Source of the DNA: an uncultured Gammaproteobacteria bacterium
GTDB taxonomy: Bacteria > Patescibacteriota > Patescibacteriia > Magasanikbacterales > GWA2-37-8
Direction of reading: 5' to 3'
DNA length: 55,351 nucleotides
NCBI GenBank assembly: GCA_964356495.1
Contig: CAYHHR010000003.1
Location: 1 to 55,351, forward strand
The position numbers were made by a program, and so were the translations under genes. Under the pieces are notes generated by a model, which was not told where the DNA came from, made no database searches, and saw nothing but the letters and a program-made list of their open reading frames with translations. Positions 9,734 through 17,738 of the stretch are shown piece after piece. Each line of letters starts with the position of its first letter. The first letter of the stretch is position 1.

Positions 9734-10843
9734 ATGACGCGAAAAATTATTTTTGCTTTAGCGGCCTCTCTTTTATTGGTAGGGGCGGGATGTTTAAGTC
9801 TTGGCGGCGGGGCCGCTCCCTCGGCGCTCGGGACATTCCGGTCGGCCGACAAGGGTGAAACTTGGGGTCCGATCAGCACGCTCCTGACTGCTACGGGCGT
9901 AAAGAGTCTCTCGCAAACCAGCGTTTATCGTTTATTTACGGATCCATCCGACGTCAACGCTCTGTACATGGCGACTCGCGGCCAGGGTCTTTATTTTAGT
10001 TATGATCGGGGCGACAGCTGGAGAAGCGTGCCGTTTTTGCAGGGTAAGTTTATCTACAGCCTCGGTGTTGATTCAGCCAATAAGTGCCTGATCTATGTGA
10101 CGGATGGAAGTAATGTTTACAAATCTCTTGACTGTACCCGAACTTGGAATACGGTTTATTTGAGTCAGAACGGCAGTCGCATCGCGGCTCTCGCGCTCGA
10201 TTATTTTAATCGTGGCGTGCTTTTTGCCGGTTTGGAGGATGGCACGATTTTGCAGAGTATAAACGGCGGCAGCAGCTGGCGCACCACTACTTCCACGGGC
10301 GGAATATTGCGCGACCTGGTCGCCGATCCTCAAGTCCCGGGACGCTTTTATCTCGCCAAAGCCAGCTCCGGACTTTTTGTTTCCAATGACAATGGTCAGA
10401 GTTGGGACGATGCGTCCGCCGGTCTTCGAAACTTTAGCGAATCCTTGACGTTCTATCGCTTGATTCTTGATCCCTCGCAGAAAAACAGTATTTACTGGCT
10501 GAGCAAATATGGAATATTTCATTCCGCGGACGCCGGCAAAACTTGGTCGGATTTGAAATTAGTAACGGCCCCGGGAACAGTCAACATTTACAATTTTGCT
10601 TTAAATCCGAAAAATCCCAAGGAGCTGTTTTATACCGGCACCATTTTCAGCGGCCAGCAGGCGTCGGATAGCTTCAGTCTCTCGTCGCCACCCAAAATTT
10701 CCAGTTCTAAATTATATAAATCGATTGATGGCGGCGCGACTTGGTTTAATCGGAAATTACCGAGCGGCGCGATTCCAGTCAACCTTTTAATTTATCCGGA
10801 TGATCCGAGAGTGTTGTTCCTCGGATTTACTACCGCGCAATAA
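9734..10843 (+). CDS. Lipoprotein with BNR/Asp-box beta-propeller repeats
   Basis: Lipobox 'LLVGAGC'. Repeated S/D-x-G-x-S/T-W boxes: 'DRGDSWRSV', 'NGGSSWRTT', 'NDNGQSWDD', 'DAGKTWSDL', 'DGGATWFN'. Confidence 0.75.
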   Translation: MTRKIIFALAASLLLVGAGCLSLGGGAAPSALGTFRSADKGETWGPISTLLTATGVKSLSQTSVYRLFTDPSDVNALYMATRGQGLYFSYDRGDSWRSVPFLQGKFIYSLGVDSANKCLIYVTDGSNVYKSLDCTRTWNTVYLSQNGSRIAALALDYFNRGVLFAGLEDGTILQSINGGSSWRTTTSTGGILRDLVADPQVPGRFYLAKASSGLFVSNDNGQSWDDASAGLRNFSESLTFYRLILDPSQKNSIYWLSKYGIFHSADAGKTWSDLKLVTAPGTVNIYNFALNPKNPKELFYTGTIFSGQQASDSFSLSSPPKISSSKLYKSIDGGATWFNRKLPSGAIPVNLLIYPDDPRVLFLGFTTAQ

Positions 10844-10853
10844 ATATTTATTT

Positions 10854-11405
10854 ATGTTGAACCTTCAAGATTTCAAAGCCGATTTCAAGCGCGCGATCGA
10901 ATTTCTAAAGACCGATATTTCCTCTCTTCGCACCGGACGCGCTACGGGAGCGATGTTGGACAGCATTACGGTCGAAGCCTATGGATCCAGGCAGCCGCTC
11001 AAGGCGGTCGGTACGATTATGGTTGCCGATCCGAAGACGCTGACGATCGAGCCGTGGGACAAGGGCATGCTCGCCGCGATTGAGAAAGGCGTTCGTGATT
11101 CCGGTCTCGGTATCAATCCGGTGAATGACGGTAAGTTGATCCGCCTTTGTTTGCCGGAGCTGACTTCCGAGCGACGCGTGGAGCTTGCTAAGATTTTGCA
11201 TCAAAAATTAGAACAGGCGAAAATCGCGATCCGGAAGATCAGGGAAGACGTCCGTGAACTGATCGGCGAAGAAGAAAAATCCAAATCAATTTCCGAGGAT
11301 GATAAATTTCGTCTGCAGGAAGATTTGGAGAAGATGGTGAAAGAAACAAATGACGAGGTGAAAAAGGTGGGCGAGGCAAAAGAGAAAGAAATTACGACAG
11401 TTTAA
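10854..11405 (+). CDS. frr: Ribosome recycling factor
   Basis: 'LRTGRATGAMLDSITVEAYGS..PLK....I...D..TL.I.PWD' and 'GINP..DG..IR...P.LT.ERR' motifs. ATG at 10854 is preferred to 10800, which overlaps the upstream gene. Confidence 0.9.
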   Translation: MLNLQDFKADFKRAIEFLKTDISSLRTGRATGAMLDSITVEAYGSRQPLKAVGTIMVADPKTLTIEPWDKGMLAAIEKGVRDSGLGINPVNDGKLIRLCLPELTSERRVELAKILHQKLEQAKIAIRKIREDVRELIGEEEKSKSISEDDKFRLQEDLEKMVKETNDEVKKVGEAKEKEITTV

Positions 11406-11435
11406 CGTTGTCATTCCCGTTCGAAAGGAAAGTCC

Positions 11436-11687
11436 ATGATCGACGTGAAATCGCTTTCTGACAGGCAGGCTATCACTCAGCTCGCTCGACAAACGATTTA
11501 CACCAAAGCTCAGTCTAGAGGCATTATCGCGAGGTGGCGGAGACATGTGGCGGAAAATAAGAAAATAGGCTGCCATCTGGTCGCGAATCTTCGCGGTGAA
11601 CGCGATCTCTACTGCGCCGGCTGGAAAAACAGTCGGGAAAGTTTCGTGCGCGTTGGGTTTTTTCTCCTCGGATCGATGAGGCTCTAA
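11436..11687 (+). CDS. Hypothetical 83-aa basic protein (alternatively part of a non-coding transcript)
   Basis: AGGAAAG 5-6 nt upstream of the ATG, with a terminator at 11702-11746. No recognisable motif. Confidence 0.3.
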   Translation: MIDVKSLSDRQAITQLARQTIYTKAQSRGIIARWRRHVAENKKIGCHLVANLRGERDLYCAGWKNSRESFVRVGFFLLGSMRL

Positions 11688-11701
11688 AGAGCCATTCAGA
11701 G

Positions 11702-11746
11702 GGCATCTGGCGCGTCGCGTCCGGTGCCTTCCTTTATTTTTATTGA
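11702..11746 (+). terminator. GC-rich hairpin + T-tract
   Basis: GGCATC..GGCGCG-GTC-CGCGTCC..GGTGCC followed by ttcctttatttttatt. Confidence 0.55.
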
Positions 11747-11755
11747 GTAACAATC

Positions 11756-11785
11756 TTGACAGCAGGGTGTTTTTTTGGCATACTA
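11756..11785 (+). promoter_or_regulatory. Sigma70-like promoter (TTGACA-17/18-CATACT)
   Basis: TTGACA at 11756-11761, with CATACT/ATACTA at 11779-11785. Confidence 0.45.
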
Positions 11786-11848
11786 ACACGTTCCTATACT
11801 ACTTCGCCGCGCTCAAGCGGCTAGTAAGTTCGGAACGCAGAGGACTCA

Positions 11849-12130
11849 ATGTTCTACTCAATCGCGATGTTTGGTCTGATGATGTTTTTTGGTGTGTTGC
11901 TGATGATGCGTCGGATCACTCTCTCGGCGACCATGGCCAGCCTTCTCTTCATGTACGCACTGTACTCATTCCACATGGGAGCCGCCCTCGATCTGTCACA
12001 TGAGTGGCGCGGAGTCGTGGTTCGATTAGTCTTTGGTTGCGTCGGAATCGCGTCGTTTGTCCTTGCGGGGATCGTGTTCGTTCTTCGTTCCCGGGAGCTC
12101 GACGCTATTCGCGCGAGAACCTCGATCTGA
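11849..12130 (+). CDS. Small three-TM membrane protein, GC-rich
   Basis: 93 aa with three hydrophobic helices. 'agagga' RBS 6 nt upstream. Own promoter and terminator. Confidence 0.55.
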   Translation: MFYSIAMFGLMMFFGVLLMMRRITLSATMASLLFMYALYSFHMGAALDLSHEWRGVVVRLVFGCVGIASFVLAGIVFVLRSRELDAIRARTSI

Positions 12131-12150
12131 GGTCGTACGATTCTTTTAGT

Positions 12151-12192
12151 GCCCCGAACACCAATTCAACGGTGTCGGGGCTCTTATTTTTT
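12151..12192 (+). terminator. Rho-independent terminator
   Basis: GCCCCGA(A)CACC / GGTGTCGGGGC stem followed by ctcttatttttt. Confidence 0.7.
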
Positions 12193-12249
12193 AGATAATA
12201 TTTATCGGTCGAACCTTTAATTGGATTCCGCCCAAAAGTGTTGATCCGT

Positions 12250-12278
12250 TTGACATATTGGCTAATTTTTGCTATAAT
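12250..12278 (+). promoter_or_regulatory. Perfect consensus sigma70 promoter (TTGACA-17-TATAAT)
   Basis: TTGACA at 12250-12255, 17-nt spacer, TATAAT at 12273-12278. The leader contains hairpin GTTCCGAG-aaaaa-CTCGGAAC, and AGGAG lies 6 nt before the ATG at 12365. Confidence 0.7.
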
Positions 12279-12364
12279 AATGCGTTCCGAGAAAAACTCG
12301 GAACCCGCCTAAAGGCCGCGGAACGGCTTGTTATTTACAACCACGATCGCAACAGGAGTTACGC

Positions 12365-13075
12365 ATGTCCACAAGACGCCGTATCTTGATTTCCATAATT
12401 TCCGTCGTCTTCACCGTCGGCTGCGCTCACCAGGCGGCCTCGCCGACCAATGGCAGGCCAGCGGCCGAGCAGAGCGTATTCCCCATCGCCATACCTAAGT
12501 CGCTTCCCGAAGTCAAGATCGGGGGGGGGGTAATAGCCACGAAATACGCGGCGTGCACTGCCGTCTACGTCGCTCCTCACCTAATGGCCACTAGCGCGAC
12601 GGCTTTCCCGCGCACTGTCGAGGGGACGACGGCCTACAATGTCGCTGGTATCATCCTCCGGGATGGCGACTATCGGCTTAAACCCGTCGACGTGGTTTAC
12701 GAAGACGAGGGTAATGGTATTGCCATCATCAGGACCGAGGAAGTTGGGACACCTGTCATATTGAATGGCTTGGGTTACCCGATCGGGAGGAAGCTCATTG
12801 TGCAGTCGTTCACCTACAAAACCGCTTTGTTTCGCGGTCAGCTTCTCCAGCCTGTCTGGAATGTCGCGTTAGCCGCGCCTGCCGTCGAGCCATACACCGG
12901 CGCCAACGCATTCGCGCGATTCCGCATCGACGTCATCGTGGAAGATGGCGCGTGCGGCGCTCCGGTATTCGACGAAGACGGACGGCTTGCCGGCATCGTC
13001 CATGAACGCCACAGCGGCTACACGTCCGTGATCAGTGCATTAGCCATCGCATCCGCTTTGAAAGGAGTACCGTAA
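12365..13075 (+). CDS. Lipoprotein with chymotrypsin/trypsin-like fold and Cys at the nucleophile position (3C-like 'GxCG')
   Basis: Lipobox 'FTVGC'. 'EDGACGAPVFDEDGRLAGIVHE' aligns with the S1 'GDSGGP...G.L.GI' motif but has Cys197. Candidate His72 ('APHLMAT') and acidic residues 113-115 ('VYEDEGNGIAIIR'). GC-rich. Confidence 0.6.
   Translation: MSTRRRILISIISVVFTVGCAHQAASPTNGRPAAEQSVFPIAIPKSLPEVKIGGGVIATKYAACTAVYVAPHLMATSATAFPRTVEGTTAYNVAGIILRDGDYRLKPVDVVYEDEGNGIAIIRTEEVGTPVILNGLGYPIGRKLIVQSFTYKTALFRGQLLQPVWNVALAAPAVEPYTGANAFARFRIDVIVEDGACGAPVFDEDGRLAGIVHERHSGYTSVISALAIASALKGVP
12521..12530 (+). repeat. G10 homopolymer inside the lipoprotein CDS (encodes Gly53-Gly55)
   Basis: Ten consecutive G read directly (gatc gggggggggg taat). 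In frame as written. Confidence 0.9.
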
Positions 13076-13767
13076 TGAAGAACCATCCGAATCTTATACT
13101 CTTGTCAGGACTCATCGCGCTGTGGTCGGCATCTTCCTGCAGGCCGAACAATCCCGTAGACAAGGATTACGACAGCGCCGGCGGCCAGTGCCGTTCATAC
13201 GACTGGCTGGCGGGCGCCCGGGAGTACGGCATGACTCCGCGTTATGACGTCAACCCGACTATCGTCACGCTGGAAGGGATCAAAATCGATCCTTCCTCGA
13301 ACACCGTTTCGGGGGAAGCCGTCGACTGCATGGTCGACAAGATCGAACAGTGCCTCCTGCGTAAATTCGGCAATCCGCCGCGCATTCCGCCAGAGGTCAT
13401 GAAAGACGCCTACTGCGTCGACGCGACCTTCGCGTTCCCTATTCCGCGGGCATGCGTAACCGTGAAAGTCGTCGACGACTGGCGTCTGAATTGCGACGGT
13501 ACGCAACAGCTCCTCAAGTGGAGGCCGCCGGACGATTCCGGCTGTCTTGCCAAGGGGTTGACTCCCACGCCCGACTGCCCCTGTAGCTGGCGAGGCGGCG
13601 TCCAGGACGAACACACGGTGGTCGTCACGCCAAGCTTTTACCTCTTCCCGGACTGGTTCATACGCGTCTACACCGGCTGTCTCGACCCGTGGGGTAGTCC
13701 CGCGCTTGCCGAGTGCGCTTCACCGCTCACCGGCCCGCTCGACATGACGCCCACCTGCGTCAGATAG
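13075..13767 (+). CDS. Cys-rich lipoprotein (12 Cys after the lipobox Cys), unknown function
   Basis: Lipobox 'WSASSC'. TAATG overlap with the upstream gene implies translational coupling. GC-rich. No family recognised. Confidence 0.6.
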   Translation: MKNHPNLILLSGLIALWSASSCRPNNPVDKDYDSAGGQCRSYDWLAGAREYGMTPRYDVNPTIVTLEGIKIDPSSNTVSGEAVDCMVDKIEQCLLRKFGNPPRIPPEVMKDAYCVDATFAFPIPRACVTVKVVDDWRLNCDGTQQLLKWRPPDDSGCLAKGLTPTPDCPCSWRGGVQDEHTVVVTPSFYLFPDWFIRVYTGCLDPWGSPALAECASPLTGPLDMTPTCVR

Positions 13768-13796
13768 TGTTTCAAGTAGTCGCATAATCGCATCGA

Positions 13797-13833
13797 GGGC
13801 ATCAGCGCAATACGCTGGTGCCCCCTTTCATTT
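13797..13833 (+). terminator. Rho-independent terminator of the GC-rich operon
   Basis: GGGCATCAGCG / CGCTGGTGCCC stem (one G-U pair), 5-nt loop, then cctttcattt. Confidence 0.65.
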
Positions 13834-13836
13834 ATA

Positions 13837-13865
13837 TTGACAGAAACCCGTTTTAGCAGTATTAT
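13837..13865 (+). promoter_or_regulatory. Sigma70-like promoter (TTGACA-17-TATTAT)
   Basis: TTGACA at 13837-13842 and TATTAT at 13860-13865. The ORF track's TTG 'start' at 13837 is this -35 box. Confidence 0.6.
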
Positions 13866-13890
13866 TTCTCTAATTCTTGGTCTTTTTTAT

Positions 13891-14301
13891 ATGAAAATTA
13901 TCTTGGCGATAGCATCCGGACTGATTCTGCTTGGGGCAGGTTGTGCAAGTCAAATCGCACAGCTATATTCCAAAAATACGACGGAATCATATTCCTGGAA
14001 CGCTTATGATCGAGTGACTGCGACTTCGACGGTAGTTACCTTCGCTCATCCGTCCGGCTATGCTATCAAGGAGAATGGCAGCCTCGCCAGTACCGAAAAA
14101 ATCATTATCGGCGGCCTCTTTGGAAGAATCGAAATTTATAATCAGGATTTTTACAACACCGGTAATAATGATTTGCTCCCTGCTCGGCCGAATGAAACAT
14201 TCAAAAAAGGAAATTTTTACATATATTTATTCCACAACAAGTCTGATAAACCAACCAAAGACGAATTGATCAAAATTGTAAATTCTATAAAGATAAAATG
14301 A
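13891..14301 (+). CDS. Small lipoprotein, unknown function
   Basis: 'MKIILAIASGLILLGAGC' signal peptide and lipobox. ATG at 13891. Confidence 0.6.
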   Translation: MKIILAIASGLILLGAGCASQIAQLYSKNTTESYSWNAYDRVTATSTVVTFAHPSGYAIKENGSLASTEKIIIGGLFGRIEIYNQDFYNTGNNDLLPARPNETFKKGNFYIYLFHNKSDKPTKDELIKIVNSIKIK

Positions 14302-14302
14302 T

Positions 14303-15676
14303 ATGTCCGATCAAAATCTGATGGAGAAAATTATTTCATTTTGCAAACGCCGCGGTTTTGTTTTTCCCGGCAGTGAAATTTATGGCGGTTTGTCCGCTTC
14401 GTATGACTACGGTCCGCTTGGCGTTGAATTAAAAAATAATATAAAAAAGGCGTGGTGGAAGGCGATGGTGCAAAAAAGAAATGATGTCGTTGGGTTAGAC
14501 TCGGCTATTTTAACTCCGAAAATTGTTTGGGAAGCAAGCGGACATTTACAGAGTTTCCACGACCCTTTGGTTGAATGTAAAGTTTGCCACCATCGTTTTC
14601 GCGCCGATCATTTGTTGGAGGCGAAGCAAGCCGAGCCCGGTTATATGAAGGAGAAGCCGGTTGAAATAAGTGAAATCCCGTGTCCAGACTGCGGCGGCGC
14701 GTTGAGCGAGCCGAAAAATTTTAATTTGCTGATGAAGACGGAGCTCGGTTCGGTTGAGGGCCAAAAGGAGGACGCCTACCTCCGCGGTGAGACTTGTCAG
14801 GGTATTTATCTTGACTATTTGAGCGTGAAAGACGTGATGCGACAAAAGTTGCCGTTCGGAATCGCGCAGGTAGGAAAAGCGTTTAGAAATGAAATCACTA
14901 CCAAAAATTTTATTTTTCGCATGCGTGAATTTGAACAGATGGAAATGCAATTTTTTGTAAATCCTAAAGACGCGGAGAAACATTTTAATTATTGGAAGGA
15001 ACAGCGCATGAGTTGGTACAAGAGCCTTGGCATGAAAGAGGAAAATATACGTTTCCGTCAGCACGCGACCGATGAACGCGCACACTACGCGAAGGATGCT
15101 TGGGACATCGAGTACAATACTCCCTGGGGCGGATGGAAAGAGATGGCTGGAGTCCATAACCGAGGTGATTGGGATCTGTCTCGCCATGGTAAATATGCCG
15201 GCGTCGATATGACTTACACTGATTTGGAAGGCGAAAAATATATTCCGTATATCGTTGAGACCTCGGATGGCGCCGATCGGGCGACGCTGATGTTTTTGAT
15301 TGATGCATTTGCGGAAGTCGAGACCAGGAGCGGGGACGAAAACGCAAAACATGAAACAGAGTTAGTTCTTCGTCTGCACAAAGATTTAGCCCCGATAAAA
15401 GTTGCTATTTTGCCGCTTTCCAAAAAAGAGCCTTTGCAAAAAATAGCCAAAGAAATCCAATCAAGCATCTGGAACGAATTAATGACTCAATATGATGAGA
15501 CTGGCTCGATCGGCAAACGCTATCGCCGCCAGGATGAGATCGGCACGCCGTTTTGCGTGACGGTTGATTTCGATTCATTGGAAGATAAAATGGTGACGGT
15601 GAGAGAACGCGATAGCATGAAGCAGGAGAGAATCGCGATTGTCGACCTCAGAAAATATTTGTTAGAGAAATTTTAA
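14303..15676 (+). CDS. glyQS: Glycine--tRNA ligase (alpha2 dimeric type)
   Basis: 'RRGFVFPGSEIYGG....YDYGPLG..LKNNIK..WW' N-terminus, class II motifs, and C-terminal anticodon-binding 'GKRYRRQDEIGTPFCVTVD'. Confidence 0.95.
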   Translation: MSDQNLMEKIISFCKRRGFVFPGSEIYGGLSASYDYGPLGVELKNNIKKAWWKAMVQKRNDVVGLDSAILTPKIVWEASGHLQSFHDPLVECKVCHHRFRADHLLEAKQAEPGYMKEKPVEISEIPCPDCGGALSEPKNFNLLMKTELGSVEGQKEDAYLRGETCQGIYLDYLSVKDVMRQKLPFGIAQVGKAFRNEITTKNFIFRMREFEQMEMQFFVNPKDAEKHFNYWKEQRMSWYKSLGMKEENIRFRQHATDERAHYAKDAWDIEYNTPWGGWKEMAGVHNRGDWDLSRHGKYAGVDMTYTDLEGEKYIPYIVETSDGADRATLMFLIDAFAEVETRSGDENAKHETELVLRLHKDLAPIKVAILPLSKKEPLQKIAKEIQSSIWNELMTQYDETGSIGKRYRRQDEIGTPFCVTVDFDSLEDKMVTVRERDSMKQERIAIVDLRKYLLEKF

Positions 15677-15678
15677 TT

Positions 15679-16977
15679 ATGTACAGCGTCTCTAAATTAA
15701 AAAACGGCATCACGCTCCTGAAAGTTCCGGTGGGGGGCGCGCCGTCCGTGACCGTGCTGGCGTTGTTTCCGGTCGGGTCGCGTTATGAAGATAAAAAATT
15801 CGCCGGAGCGGCGCATTTTGTTGAGCACATGATTTTCAAAGGCACAGAGAGACGGCCGCAAGCGACCGATATTTCACGCACCCTCGACGCGCTCGGCGCC
15901 GACTACAACGCTTTCACCTCGAAAGATTATACTGGTTATTACATCAAAATCGCGGCTCTGAAACAGGAAATAGCTTTCGATATTTTATCCGATGTTATTT
16001 ATCATTCGATTTTTGTCGCGGAAGAAGTTGAGAAAGAAAAAGGCGCTATCGTCGAAGAGCTTCGCATGTACAAGGATAATCCAAGCATGGCGATCGATAT
16101 GCTTTTCGATAAGCTCCTCTTTGGCGACACTCCGCTCGGTTGGGATATCGGCGGCACGGAGGATACGGTTCGTGGTTTTACCCGTGACCAGCTCAATGAT
16201 TATTATCAATCTCATTACTCGCCGAAAAATACTTTGCTGATCTTGGCCGGAGCCATCAGCCTATCTTCTGAAAAGAAAATCACCTCATTTTTCAAAGAAA
16301 AGAAAGTTTCGAAACAAGCGAAAGACCTTTCACATTACAAAAAATCTTTTGAACATTTTGAATGGCCCAAAAAGCCTCTGCCGCTCGCGGACAGAATATT
16401 AGTTGAAGAAAAAAAACTAGACCAGGCTCAGTTGATGATTGGTTTTCCCGGTCTTCACAATGATCACGCCGATCGTTTTACCGCCGCGATTTTGTTAAGT
16501 ATTCTCGGCGGAGGCATGAGCTCGCGCCTCTTCGTGGAGGTGAGGGAGAAGAGGGGACTTGCGTATATGGTGCGCGCCGGATCGAATTCATTTCGCGATG
16601 TCGGCGTTATTTCGATTCAGGCCGGGCTTGATCCGAGCCGGCTTTTCGAAGCCTTGCAGGTGATCAAAGCTGAAGTCGAACGCATTGCCAAGGAACCCGT
16701 GACCGCGGAAGAATTGAACAATGCCAAGACGAATCTCGCGGGTCGGCTCGCGCTCAGTCTCGAAGACAGCAGTACCCAGGCGGAATGGTATGGCAAACAA
16801 TGTTTGTTTAATAAAAAAATAAATTTGCCAAAATACGTGATAGAAAAATTAAATAAAGTTACTGTGAAGCAGGTGCAAGCGTTGGCGGCGCGGCTATTGG
16901 TGTTGCCGGAAATGCGCCTCGCGATTATCGGGCCAGTTTCGAAAGCGGACGTTGTCAGTATGGTAAATAAATTGTAA
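15679..16977 (+). CDS. M16 family (pitrilysin-like) zinc peptidase
   Basis: 'GAAHFVEHMIFKGT' is the inverted HxxEH zinc motif. Confidence 0.85.
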   Translation: MYSVSKLKNGITLLKVPVGGAPSVTVLALFPVGSRYEDKKFAGAAHFVEHMIFKGTERRPQATDISRTLDALGADYNAFTSKDYTGYYIKIAALKQEIAFDILSDVIYHSIFVAEEVEKEKGAIVEELRMYKDNPSMAIDMLFDKLLFGDTPLGWDIGGTEDTVRGFTRDQLNDYYQSHYSPKNTLLILAGAISLSSEKKITSFFKEKKVSKQAKDLSHYKKSFEHFEWPKKPLPLADRILVEEKKLDQAQLMIGFPGLHNDHADRFTAAILLSILGGGMSSRLFVEVREKRGLAYMVRAGSNSFRDVGVISIQAGLDPSRLFEALQVIKAEVERIAKEPVTAEELNNAKTNLAGRLALSLEDSSTQAEWYGKQCLFNKKINLPKYVIEKLNKVTVKQVQALAARLLVLPEMRLAIIGPVSKADVVSMVNKL

Positions 16978-16992
16978 ATTCATTTTTCGAAT

Positions 16993-17733
16993 ATGAAAAA
17001 ACTTTATTTATTCGCTAACTGGAAAATGTATCTTGGCGTGGCAGAGAGCGAGAAGCTCGCGCGCGCCTTCGGGAAGATTTCCAATCCCAAAGGAAGCGAA
17101 ATCGTGATTTTTCCTTCGGCGCTCGCGATGAGTACGGCGGCTCCGATTTTCAAAAAAAATAAATTTCTTTTTGGCGCTCAAAATATTCATTGGTCCGACC
17201 ACGGCGGGTTTACAGGGGAAGTTTCCGTCGCAATGTACAAGGAGCTCGGCTGTACCCATGCGTTGGTCGGACACTCGGAACGCCGTCGCTTATTTCATGA
17301 GAGCGATCAGGACGTGCGTCTGAAGTTGGAAGCGATCCTTGATGAGAAAATAATTCCCGTGCTGTGCGTGGGAGAAACACTCGAAGAACGCAAGGCCGGC
17401 AAGGTGGAAGAAGTGCTTGAAAAACAGCTGCAATCAGCGTACGCGAATTTATTATTGCCAAAAGGAATTGGGCTGATCGTGGCTTACGAACCGGTTTGGG
17501 CGATCGGCACCGGCGAGTCGTGCGATTCAGAAGAAGCGGAACGGATCGCGGGATTTATCAGCGAGTTGGTAAAAAAGATAACCGGACAGACACCGGTTGT
17601 GCTTTATGGCGGCAGTGTCAGCGCGGAAAATATTCGTAATTACATCAATCAGCCAAATATTCAGGGCGTGCTTGTCGGCGGCGCGTCGGCTGCAAAAGAA
17701 AGCTGGTCCGAGCTGATTGAAAAATTGACCTGA
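16993..17733 (+). CDS. tpiA: Triosephosphate isomerase
   Basis: 'ANWKM', 'VGHSERR', 'AYEPVWAIGTG' and 'LYGGSV' motifs. Confidence 0.95.
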   Translation: MKKLYLFANWKMYLGVAESEKLARAFGKISNPKGSEIVIFPSALAMSTAAPIFKKNKFLFGAQNIHWSDHGGFTGEVSVAMYKELGCTHALVGHSERRRLFHESDQDVRLKLEAILDEKIIPVLCVGETLEERKAGKVEEVLEKQLQSAYANLLLPKGIGLIVAYEPVWAIGTGESCDSEEAERIAGFISELVKKITGQTPVVLYGGSVSAENIRNYINQPNIQGVLVGGASAAKESWSELIEKLT

Positions 17734-17738
17734 AATTT

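Noticed and set aside
10800-10853. Upstream extensions proposed by the ORF track: frr from 10800, the wHTH gene from 4089 (TTG), the lipoprotein from 13837 (TTG), copZ from 38552, the RND gene from 44928, and the 35820 ORF.
   Set aside because: Each extension overlaps the preceding gene or a predicted -35 box. The extra residues are absent from the conserved N-termini, and internal ATGs give canonical starts (signal peptide, HMA fold, Frr N-terminus).
11421-11440. 'GAAAGGAAAGTCC' resembles the universally conserved P4 5' strand (GGAAAGUCC) of RNase P RNA.
   Set aside because: No complementary 3' P4 strand (GGACUU-type with the ACAGAA context) occurs in the following ~400 nt on either strand, and I saw no other RNase P conserved regions. 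The motif works equally well as an RBS for the ATG at 11436. tmRNA and SRP RNA signatures (GGUUCGA T-arm with a tag ORF; GGAA-loop domain IV) were also not seen.
12365-13075. Annotating the GC-rich lipoprotein as a standard S1 serine protease (HtrA/trypsin-like).
   Set aside because: The nucleophile position carries Cys, not Ser, and the usual His ('TAAHC') and Asp ('DIAL') contexts are not present. I call only a PA-clan-like fold with uncertain catalytic status.
14546-15352. 268-aa antisense ORF (plus 120-aa and 84-aa ORFs) inside glyQS. Similar long shadow ORFs occur at 6222-6563 (in the GT2 gene), 37487-37912 (in the HMA-permease gene), 39560-40792 (antisense to copA), 43279-44718 (antisense to the adaptor gene), 45839-46303 (antisense to the RND gene), 49387-49905 and 50177-50635 (antisense to copB), and 11286-11789.
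   Set aside because: All lie fully within, or antisense to, genes with unambiguous conserved motifs. Their products are low-complexity and have no motifs, which is typical of frame shadows.
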